From positions 55,120,001 to 55,184,000 of the forward strand of contig OZ249436.1 of NCBI GenBank assembly GCA_965235115.1: a stretch of 64,000 nt of DNA, written 5' to 3'. A program made the position numbers and the translations under genes. Shown here in pieces: positions 53,146 to 64,000 of this stretch. The notes under the pieces were generated by a model that was given only the letters and a program-made list of their open reading frames with translations, had not been told where the DNA came from and searched no databases. This stretch comes from Laetmonice hystrix. Taxonomy: Eukaryota. Every line of letters starts with the position of its first letter. The stretch's first letter is position 1.

Positions 53146-54026
53146 AGCGTACCCCATGTTTTTTTTTTACCAGAGATTGGTAGGCCAATAGGCTAACCCT
53201 TGCCACTGAGGAGCGTACTCCATGTTTTACCAAAGATTGGTAGGCTAATAGGCTAACCCTTGCCACTGAGGAGCGTACCCCATGTTTTTACCAGAGATTG
53301 GTAATAGGCTAACCCTTGCCACAGAGGAGCGTACTCCATGTTTTACCAAAGATTGGTAGGCTAATAGGCTAACCCTTGCCACTGAGGAGCGTACTCCATG
53401 TTTGACCAAAGATTGGTAGGCTAATAGGCTAACCCTTGCCACCGAGGAGCGTACTCCATGTTTGACCAGAGATTGGTAATAGGCTAACCCTTGCCACTGA
53501 GGAGCGTACTCCATGTTTTACCAGAGATTGGTAATAGGCTAACCCTTGCCACCGAGGAGCGTACTCCATGTTTTACCAGAGATTGGTAATAGGCTAACCC
53601 TTGCCACCGAGGAGCGTACTCCATGTTTTTACCAGAGATTGGTAATAGGCTAACCCTTGCCACTGAGGAGCGTACTCCATGTTTTACCAGAGATTGGTAG
53701 GCTAATAGGCTAACCCTTGCCACTGAGGAGCGTACTCCATGTTTTACCAGAGATTGGTAGGCTAATAGGCTAACCCTTGCCACCGAGGAGCGTACTCCAT
53801 GTTTTTACCAGAGATTGGTAGGCTAATAGGCTAACCCTTGCCACTGAGGAGCGTACTCCATGTTTTACCAGAGATTGGTAGGCTAATAGGCTAACCCTTG
53901 CCACCGAGGAGCGTACTCCATGTTTTTACCAGAGATTGGTAGGCTAATAGGCTAACCCTTGCCACTGGGAGCGTACTCCATGTTTTACCAGAGATTGGTA
54001 ATAGGCTAACCCTTGCCCATGAGGAG
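53146..54026. repeat. Minisatellite with mixed units of about 54 and 60 bp, about 15 copies
   Basis: ATAGGCTAACCCTTGCCACTGAGGAGCGTACTCCATGTTTTACCAGAGATTGGTA, with or without GGCTAA. Confidence 0.95.
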
Positions 54027-55955
54027 TCAGTTGATTTCTTACCTGTCTGAGTCTCCAGGATGCAATAATCCACTTCCCGGTAGGCCTTTAATCCCACCTT
54101 CGGGGTAATCCAAGCTTAGAGGTATATAGCCTAATCACATCCTGCGTGCGCCGCCGAGTGAGAAATAATGCTACGTCTAGATTAGGCCTACAACTTCCGG
54201 GTCCTACATCTTATAGGCAAACAGAATGAAATCACTCTACTACAGGTTATCCAAGGTAGGCATACATGGAGTTTCTGGTCAAAGTGAACGTGATGAGGGA
54301 AGAGAAAAGATCACCTATACAGATGGGCTATAACACCACCGCTCAATGTCCTGCACTGCCATTGTCCGTATAGTTCTTGTTAAGTTTCTACCGGATTTTT
54401 CAGACCCTCGATACAGACTGCAGACCAGATCAGAAAACTTGCTGCCGTATAATGCAGCTGGTGTGATAGAACACTGATTCCTGGCAGTCATGTTGCTGAT
54501 AGGCCTACTTCCATTACCACTAAATTTTGTCCACGTGTCTAAGAGAAAATCCACAAACAGCTACTGATGAGCATTTTTTTCAATATGACCACTTGCCACA
54601 TGCAGCACTTGCCACATGGCATGTCGGATCCACTTGCTCAGCTCTGAAATCCAATTACTCCAAATAGATTCAAATCAAGGGCTGGTTATCAAAATATACA
54701 GTTCATGTCGTCGAGCTGTATATTATGTTGTACACGTACGTTAGCCGATCATTCGATCAAATCGCCCCTGCCGTCGGGTGCTAGGAATCGGCCCTCCCTG
54801 CAGTGTCCGAGAGACAAACAGTACAGTCATGATCACCTGTGTAGGCGTACCCTTGACAGGTGCGGCCAGCCAGGTTCCAAGAGTTCATTGTGTAATTGTC
54901 GCCTTTTGTCCGCGTCTTTAATGGTGCCTTTAATGAGCTGGATCCCGCCTCCCACTCACCTATACCTACACCAGCTGGTGTAGGTATAGGTAGCATGAAA
55001 ATTACCATGACCCGTCGTCTGCCTCCCTCAAACTCGTTCCCGTTCACTCAGCAATCCACACGCGGAGGCCCGTCGTAAAGGTAGTTGGTCTTTATTTTCA
55101 AAGGGCTAGGAGGGTTGCACCATTGTTCAGGCCGTCATTTCTATTGACGTTTGTGGATTCCAAGTGGATTGAGACCGGGGAAAGATGTACATGTATTCCT
55201 CTTGCATGGCGTTCAGCATGTTTTGGGGTCGGGTGCCTGCTCGAACATGGGTGGGGAAGTAAGCAGAACATTATACACACTCTAATGCCTGTGTAAAACC
55301 ATCCTGCCTTTACATGTTTGTTAAGTGGCAGGGCATCAACCCCTAACCAGAAACTAAATATCCTTATGCAACAAATCCTAAGGCAGGCTACTTCTATAAA
55401 TTTACCTGGGTGAATTTGGGGTAACAAAGCCATAAACATTCCAACCACAATTACACTGGTCATTTACATGATATTGATGAAGAAAACTTCATTACATTTA
55501 AATCCAAACAGTAATATGATCGGTATGTGTTACGAAACAAGTAATTTCAAAACTGGACTTGCATGACCTCCTCTGATATTCATGTCAAAGGCATTTCACT
55601 CATGACAGGAAACACTATACTTGGATTAAAAAAGATAATAGACCTACACAGTCGGCCTACAGTCATCATATAGTTCACATAACATAAACCATTATAGCTC
55701 TTTGGGATCATTTCCTCCTAATCACATTATACATTAATTGCATACCAGGATGAGCTATAATAGTTCTCACTGCATCACATACTGATTTAGCAGAGCTTAT
55801 ACTTCAACCATCCAAAAACAATTTAAGTAGTGCATGCATGGTTGCTATCGACATACATGTAGTTGTACTGGTATACCAGTGAGACGCTCGAGGGGTACTG
55901 TGGACGTGTTGGGGCAAATTGTAAACTTGGTAGCCAGGGGTCTGTCTTACTATAA

Positions 55956-56202
55956 GGTCTGGTTATTAACGATATAGTTAAATTTACCTTGCCGTGAATG
56001 GGAGGCCTCTGGTTAATGGGGTCGTTATTAACCAGGGTGCGTTCCTCATCTATCGTTATCCTGTCGTGCGTTAAAATCCCCATTGAAAATACATTGGAAT
56101 TAACGATACGACAAGCTAACGACATGATGAGGAACACCCCCCAGACTAGAGACTATTAAATGCATATAGAAGTTGACGATATCGATCGTTAATAACCAGA
56201 CC
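55956..56202. mobile_element. Composite MITE: outer perfect 18-bp TIRs enclosing a hairpin element of about 105 bp
   Basis: Outer GGTCTGGTTATTAACGAT and ATCGTTAATAACCAGACC; inner GTTCCTCATC...GATGAGGAAC. Confidence 0.8.
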
Positions 56203-56600
56203 TTCCATGGGTCAAAAAATATGAGCGATTGCACAACATTATACAAAAATATACCAAACCGAGTTCTAACAGTGTCAGAGTGAGAAGGCCACCAGCTGAT
56301 ACTTCGAAAATGCCCTGGTGGACATTTTTTGAGTCAAAACATTCCATCAAATGCACCTTGCTCCTGTCGTAACCATGGCGAGAACCATGCATGTAGTAGA
56401 GTGGGGAACTGACTAACCACCGAGCAAAGCCCCAGGCCCATTAAGACGGGGGATTTTTCGATGCTCAGCAATTGGCATCACTCGAAATTAATGGGGATAT
56501 AGCCCCCTTATCCCCCTGGATTCGCTATACGTAATCTTTAACGGATGTCATTGTGCCCACATGGCCCACATCGACGCACATTTTCAATGAATCGACTTAC

Positions 56601-56757
56601 CTTTCTGTAGAAGTTGTACACGATGCCGAAGATCATCCGAATAACGGTAATCCACAGGGCACATGACGGTGGTCAGGAGCCCGGTCAGGTGAGCAGGTGG
56701 ACGGACGTTCCATACCTCCGAGTCCACATCCAGTCCACGCGCACAGTCACCGGTCAT
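56601..56757 (-). CDS. Possible first exon (MTGDCARGLDVDSEVW...MCPVDYRYSDDLRHRVQLLQK-), phase 1, product unknown
   Basis: 157 nt open from ATG to a consensus AAG|GTAAGT donor; phase-compatible acceptor at 54539. Confidence 0.35.
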
Positions 56758-58231
56758 TCAGCATACATTGTACCAAGCGGTCGGTTGGCGTAGTCCCCGA
56801 TTCTACACGATGCTCATCAGACACGATCTTGAGAGCTGCACTCTCGAGTGCAAGGGCACAGCCGCATGTCCCCTGGCCAGGTTGAGGGGGTGTTTGGGCC
56901 GATATCTACTCCCCCGGTTTCCAGTGATCATAGATACATCCTATTTAGGCCTAAGCCTACATTATTAACTATTTGGACAGCGTTTTATGCAACGTAATGT
57001 GACAGAGACTTACGAATCTAGAGTCCGGGCCTCTTTCTCAGTCCTGCTAACGAATTTTGCGGCGAGGTGCGAAGGACCTACCGGGCCTACATAGAGTCTA
57101 GGCCTCAGGCGTTTTTATTCCCAAAACATGCCTAGACTAGTAGTAGGCCCTAAATAGGCCTATACGACACCAAACGATAGCCTATCTAGGCCTATTCCTA
57201 CAGAATAATGAGATATATGTCCGAACCCAACTTTAACACACACACACCCGGTCAAGGACCCTTCTGGATTCACCCCTGACGCAGGGGGGAGTTTAAAGTG
57301 AGGAGAAGTTTACCAAATGGATCGATTCGGTTAAACGGGCCCCCCTTGAAATCTCCATTATCAGCTACTGCCACCTGTCGGCAGCCGTAGGCCTATCGTA
57401 TCCGGGGGAAGGGGGTGCGTAGTCCATATTTAGAAATGAGGACTGTAAACTACGTATACAAAAAGTATAGTATTCAAACAAGAACCTTTGCCCTTATTCC
57501 TGTTCCATTTCTGCAGCTGAGACTATAAGGTTCGAAACTTACCTTTTTAACACTAGAGGCGCTGCATTATTTTCAGATACTAGTACGAAACTCTCACCAC
57601 CAGATGGCCTACATGCGTCTAATCTAGTTCTCGCTGTATGTCAACACCAGGTGGGGCTAAATGCAGAGGTCCCATAGATCCACAAGGGTTACTTCCTTTC
57701 ATATGAAAAGTCAGAAATATTTTAGGCTAGTGTAATCGGTTTTAAAATCCCTTTTCCACCATTCTGTGCAAGGTATTATTGGGTTTAAGGTGACAATTAT
57801 TTATTGTGGCTGGGTGGAATAACAATTATGTTTAAAAACAAAATTAGGATCCCTATAATGCCCTCTGTCCCATCCTTTTTCTACCCTCCCGAATTGGCGT
57901 ACCTTGGAAGGGGGCAACATCTCACATCACTGATAGTTAAAGGTTGATAACACCAATGAATGGGAGGAGGGGGAGGAGTTGCCCGGCGATGTCTCTACGA
58001 GATCCGGACCAGGGACTGAACACAGACGTTTTAACTGTGTTTCTATGTGCTGAAAACTATCTTGTTCAAATTACTACTTTTGACTGAAAATTTACAGATT
58101 AGGTAAACAGCACATGATTATGTGTAGAACTCTCCCTGCAATTTGGGATGGGATTAAACTACCGCCTCGCCGCGTCAATAACCTCACGTATCCATCAATA
58201 CAAGACAAAACTTTGTGAAAGTTTGCATCAG

Positions 58232-58237
58232 TTTATT
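58232..58237 (-). terminator. Candidate polyadenylation signal (AATAAA) for the DCUN1D3-like gene, implying a 3' UTR of about 5.5 kb
   Basis: AATAAA on the minus strand, followed about 25 nt downstream by a GT/T-rich tract (TTTTGTCTTGTATTG). Other AATAAA hexamers near 62145 and 60808 are alternatives. Confidence 0.4.
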
Positions 58238-61200
58238 TTAAAATGCAACATAACATGAGTGTCTTTTTTTTACATTTTATTCCATATTGATAGCTAATAT
58301 AAAACCTAAAGATGGGCACTCTGGCGATTCATTCCAGTAGCATCAATCACAAGGTCATGAGAAGAAGGCAAAAAAAGCAGCCAGATACAAGTGGATGGAC
58401 CCATACCATGTCTGGCACTGTATGGGGTCGGCCGATTTTCTTTTGCTGAGAGACAAAGTTTCACACAGAGAGAGGGAGCCAGAGACTTAGGGCAGGATAT
58501 CTATACCGCCATCAGCCTGACCATTCACAACAATGTGTTTCAATGAGATACACATCATACCAATATTGACGACACTGTGGGAGTGTCACTGAATAATTAA
58601 TATAATGGTTGAATAACATGGGTGAATGGCACCAAGTATCATGGGAGAGTCGTGGGGGCGGGGGGGGGGGGGAGTCACCGCACTCAAAGTGGCATCGTGG
58701 AAATCGGGTTTCAAAGTAGCAAGCACACTAATAGAGTTTTTAAAGTAAAATAGCATTGCACATTCGTCCTTGACAACACATTCGCGGACAGTACATAGGC
58801 AAGAATTATGACAGAAACACACAGACACCAAGACATTTACAATGAATCACACATTACTAACGAATATGCTGGCCACACCACCAAGCTCTACACCAATAAG
58901 TGAAGAAAAAAAATACAGAAAATAACTATCTTAACTTTTTCCGGTTATAGATTTGAATCACGCGATATGTAAAATGAAGAGCTGTAAACTATTAAAAATC
59001 AACGTGCGGGGACCTTTTATGTCAATTCCCTCGTATTTGCATTCGGGGGCCAAGGCTGACTTTAAAAAAAAAACAATATAGGCTGAGAAAAAAAAAGAAG
59101 AAAACATAGGACCAGGCATTTCCTTGTGAAATACGCTATACCCGAGAGACCGCTGACGTTATACTGCGATCTTAATTTGAGACATCTGGGCACTATTACA
59201 TCAGTCATCATATAAAATTAGTGCCACTCATTTTGAACCCCCCGATAATCCTAGAATGGCCTGGTTATACATACAGAGTGGGAGGAAACAAAGAACAGAG
59301 GAAGCCTTTCTATATCGGCAGCCTTCTTCAAATAATTCTTTGTTCTTTCATGGTCCATTTACCAACTCTCATTTGCAGCAATAGAACATAAACTTACAGC
59401 CAGCCACTCCACACCACCTGAGAGCCAGTAACTGTATGCAAACCCTGCTTTTCAAATCACACCGTCTGGCTTGAAGTCTAGTCTAGCAGAATTCACCAGG
59501 GAATCCATAGACCCTGTATGTTTCAATTATTATGATAGGCCTTACAGTAATACTTACAGTATAGCTCTAGTATGATCATACAATGATGAAAGTCACATTA
59601 CCATACAAACTCTACCCACCAGTTCGGTTGCCTTTCCTATGTTTTCCTTTTGTTCCCGCTCTTGCATAACATGAAGGTGATTACATAGTTTTGAATCTTG
59701 TCATCACACTTCAACTTTTTCCTATAGCGTTTACTATAATAATATGCACTACTATGTCATCAATATGGTGCCCGTGCACAGTCCGTTCTCCAAGTCCTCC
59801 TGTGAAAGTGTAAAGCCCCATGGGAGAGCGCTAATATATCGGCTATCTGCAACTCTACCTGACTATGGTACGTATCGGCACTGATGCGCCAACTTTACTA
59901 GTATCTGGAATCTTCTAGAATTCTACAGGACGCAAGTCAGCAGACTTCCTGAGATCAAATTTAAGACTTACCCCTCTAAGTCTAACTGTAAAGGTCATGG
60001 TCGCCCGTCATTAGGACCGAACGACGTTTGGACACCGAGAGTTCATGCTCCAACAGCGACCGGCGCTGGGAAAATGCTGGGTCGGGCGACTGAGGAGGCT
60101 TCCAAGAAATATCCTTCAGCGGATCCAAAAATACTAACATTTGTAACACTCATTAAGTTTGACTTAGAGTTGGGTGAAATCTGATGAAATCTAGGAATAC
60201 AGTCTGTACAGTCTCTGAGGCAGGTGCATATTATCATGGCAAAATCTATTATTATCTCGACAAAATTCCAATATTTAGATATTTTTGGATTCGCTGAGAG
60301 ATATTTGAGCCGGACCTTAAATTAACATGCAGAATATGGGACCCAGGTGACAAGGCATGACCTGAGAGGACCCTGGTTGCCGGCCTCTCTCTTATGAACC
60401 TTCTCTCTTTCTTTCTCTCCCAGTTTTATGCGGTAACAAATGTCAAAGTGAAGTATTCAATTTGAAAGTTTTCTCCCTGCAGGTCCTATACTCCCACCGT
60501 GAAGCAAAGGCTATAAAAGCCATAACTATTTTACTGTGTTGTTAATATTATGGAGATTGTCAATGTATGGGTTTCTATCTCGTCCACTACCACCCATCTT
60601 TATATTTCCTATTTATAACTGGGAAGGTAAATAAATAGGCAAGTGTAAGCACCCAGAGCGGGAAACCAGATTTAATTGTAAAAATGTTCTAAGATATCAA
60701 GGTAGACATGATCGTCATATAGGTTCTTCCCAACGTTGTTTTTTTTTTTTTTTTTTTTGCCTGAATACCTTTTTTATGATGACGTACACTTTAGCGGAAC
60801 ATACAATTTATTCACCAGTGCTAATTATTCTTAAAACCTGGAATATTTCCAACTAACTGCTGATTTCTCGTGTCCTCGTGTAGAAGAACCCTTACAGCAC
60901 GTGAAACACAAACGTCTACCTTCTTAAAGCCACGGATCACAACCCAACATGTGGCTACTCAAACTTCCTATCTCCAGCCTTAGATAGTTCCAGTGCACAA
61001 CAAAGTACCTTTTCCCCTTCAGGAACTACTTGGTCGGTCGGTCCATGAAACATCCGGTCCAGGACAAGTCAGAAGGCGGCTTAGATTTACCCTTTTCGAC
61101 GAATTATTTCACACAGTATTATTTGGTCAGAATGTAAGTACCTCCACAGAAACAGGTCTGATAACATCAGAGTAATGAGACAATGTCAATGATATAAGTT

Positions 61201-63109
61201 TATGTTTACAAAACCGACACCAATAAAGTACGGAGCCTAACAGGTTTACGCGGGCAGAGAACTGATTTTGGTCCATTAAAAATCAGAATGGTACTCACTG
61301 GACGTAATTAGTTTTCAAATTTATCCAACAGTATTTTTGATCAAAATTGTCATCTCAATGTGAAAAAATCTAAGGGTAATCTCCTCCAGGAGTACCCAAA
61401 TAGCATGGAATCAATAAGTACCGGCAAAACCATAATATTTCATACTTCACCCTTTCTTCTTTGAAACATTTGTTCAGATTTGACCACTGCTAAAATTGCG
61501 TCATACTGGTGGAACTGGAAGAACCTTACTCCTTAATACCATGTGATAGCTTCATAGATTAACGGGGTTCGCCCCCCCTTTTTGCACTCAAGCTGCTAAA
61601 AAACTATCTTGAAACCCTCCAACTAACTACCTACACCCAGTCCTTCCATCCGAGAGGGGAAAAGACGGGAGGAAAAAAAATCTTGTAAATAAGACGGTAC
61701 TTCTTCCTGGCAGTTTTAGTTGCCAGTAAGCCTTAACTCTCATATAGATGTGAGTTTCTTTAATGAGCCAGTCCACCTGACATTTTGTTGTTATAGCACT
61801 TAAAAACATAATCACAGGATCAAGATCAAAGTCGACATCCTTGAAGTCTCAGGCATAATAAAATATAACGGTCATCATGTTTACCACACGGCTCTTTAAT
61901 ACAGGCTTTCATACTCTGTAGTGTAGTCAGTTGGTTAACAAAACTTTTTAACGGATATATAAAAAATCCAAACTGTATAAGTACTCTGATGTATACATTG
62001 ATTTCTATAGATGCAAGAAGAGACCTTGAAAAGAAAGCAGGGAAAATTCATCTGTTTTATGTGACGTATAGAACACTGACCTTCAAGGCTGTCAAGATTT
62101 ACACAATATAACATTTCAGTACATGTACTGCATGATTTCTGCGTTTATTTGTTTTTTTCTTATGTCACTGAAAGTAAAACTGGAATAATTTACTTCTAGA
62201 TGTTAAAATAAAACCAATGGCTAACACAACAAATACAAATAAGTGTTTTCTGCTCGTAGATTTATGTGTCAAGTCATACGATAAGGAGAGCAAACACTTT
62301 CTAACTTGACACATTACACTGGGGTCGGAGGGTGGCAGTGGGTTCGGGGCGAGGAGACGATGTTGTTTGGTTCAAATAGCCTTCTACTACGAGCTAGTGG
62401 GCGTACAAGTTCCAGACTACCAATTTCTTATGCTTGATCTTTCAGCCTACTCTGATATCATCACAAACAAATCTTTGTTATAATTTCCAGCGTGCTATGT
62501 TATTTTGGATTATTACCATGACTTAAATCAATCCAATACAACTAGACTTTAGACAGTTCCTTTGTCGCATACATTCAGTAAATAGGTAATATTGACCAAA
62601 TCATTGTGTGCTATTCAAAGTTTAAAAAAAGGAGAAATTGAGCAGTAATATATTGATGAGGCTGAATTCTACAATAACAATTTAACTGGATGGGATCACT
62701 TTAAGGTGGCCATACAGAAAGTGTTGATAATACATACCATATAGCTGAGCCATATCAAACCAAAAGAGTTCTATGGCTGATGCATTCCAACACACAGTTA
62801 AAACGTATCTAACAGACACACTTGAATTGAATCTAATCCAACTCATATACCAAAATATATGTTGAGGAATCCTGTACAGTCCTAACCATCCCCTGCCAGA
62901 GTTCAAGTGTGTGACATTATAAACAGATGAGTGATCACTATCACCTGACCAGTGGAGAAATACAAACGAATGTTGCAACCTATTCTCATGACTGAAGTTG
63001 TAAAACTTCTTGTTCACCAAATTATACGTTCTTTAACAAGTTATACTTTATATATCATATACATGTACATTGTATAGGTTTCCTAGAAAAACACTTGTCG
63101 TATGACCAC

Positions 63110-63292
63110 GGCCCAGCTGTTCAAGAATTCTTAAGTACGCAATCTTTAGTAAAAATAGCTGAGTAAGCGTAATGAAGTCGGTCTCACCATGCTTGAGATT
63201 AAGTACGAGCTAAACATTTGGACAACACTATTCTCTCAGTGAGTAAGATAACTTACTCAGGTACTGCGTGAGAATGTTTGAACAGCTAGGCC
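63110..63292. mobile_element. Harbinger-like MITE within the probable DCUN1D3 3' UTR
   Basis: GGCCCAGCTGTTCAA and TTGAACAGCTAGGCC TIRs. Confidence 0.7.
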
Positions 63293-63734
63293 CCAATGAA
63301 GTGGTAAAGAATACTACTTTGGCCTCCTTGGTTGTATGTACCCTTCCAAACTTTTACTTTTTTCGTTCTAGAACTGGCAATTCTCATACACCCCAGATTG
63401 ATTAGTGATAATTGCAGTTTCTTACCATTGCTGTTGACTAGAGCTATATATAATCATTGTGAATGACTTTGTCAATTTCTAACTGTCATCATTTAACCCT
63501 TACAAAATCACAGAACAGCTGAACACCATTAATTCTTTATAAGAATTATTTCCACCCCAATAAATATTCCTCTCTTTTAGCTATTAAGTTAAGTTTTGCT
63601 AAGGTTTACCATGATTCTCTGGGCTTTGACTTGCAAAACCAGCTAAACAACCAATACAACCATCTGCAACCCAGCCTGACTAATTCTTCCTTTTGATAGT
63701 AAATGGACTTGTACTAAAGACATGTTAACTTTCA

Positions 63735-64000
63735 TCATTCGACCACTACCTTTTCTTTATCTGGCGTCAAGTTCTGGTTTTCACGGTCGTTTTCGTATTC
63801 CACAAAATCATCAAAGAGACTTGGCCAAGCCTCTGTGTCATCGTAACTACTGAGATCCTCTCCCACTGCATCTGAGAAGTTCAAGAACATATCCCAAGTA
63901 TCTTTTGGGATGCCGCGAATGTTGGGATGCCTCTCCAGGAAGAGTAGCCACCGTTTTAAAATGGACGGTTCATGCTTTGAGAACACCAGCCTCCACAGGC
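63735..64000 (-). CDS. DCUN1D3: DCN1-like protein 3 (DCUN1D3/SCCRO3), C-terminal PONY/cullin-binding part; the gene continues beyond the window edge
   Basis: Reads LWRLVFSKHEPSILKRWLLFLERHPNIRGIPKDTWDMFLNFSDAVGEDLSSYDDTEAWPSLFDDFVEYE...stop. The DTW..FL.F and AWPSLFD.FVE motifs are DCN1-family; LW.LVF, the I.GI spacing and AWPSLFD best match the DCUN1D3 subfamily. The frame is open to base 64000. Confidence 0.9.
   Translation of the reverse strand, partial: LWRLVFSKHEPSILKRWLLFLERHPNIRGIPKDTWDMFLNFSDAVGEDLSSYDDTEAWPSLFDDFVEYENDRENQNLTPDKEKVVVE

Noticed and set aside
53245..54097. Repetitive ORFs in the 54/60-bp array
   Set aside because: Frames are broken by T-run indels; minisatellite artefact.

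Overview
Eukaryotic, repeat-rich animal genomic DNA, probably from a marine invertebrate (inferred from the SINE, MITE and LINE families present). It is gene-poor, and most listed six-frame ORFs are noise. Supported content: (1) the 3' coding end of a DCUN1D3/SCCRO3-like gene (minus strand, right edge) with a probable long 3' UTR. (2) A CR1/L2-group LINE at about 16.4-19.7 kb (minus) with one uninterrupted 960-aa APE+RT ORF, an unusual HADD motif, a 3' GNRA stem-loop and a poly(A) tail. No ORF1 is visible, and a dimeric 2x104-bp tandem array lies just upstream. (3) The probable 5' half of a large unidentified minus-strand gene. It shows a series of separate ATG-initiated exons that all end at strong GT donors in phase 2 (44153, 33555, 29467, 26887, 23859, possibly 8436), consistent with an array of alternative first exons whose shared exons lie left of the window. 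(4) Several minisatellites, many MITEs (some nested, with TSDs) and Deu/Nin-like SINE copies with exact TSDs. No CRISPR, tRNA or rRNA gene was recognised. All homology calls come from motif recognition, not database searches.
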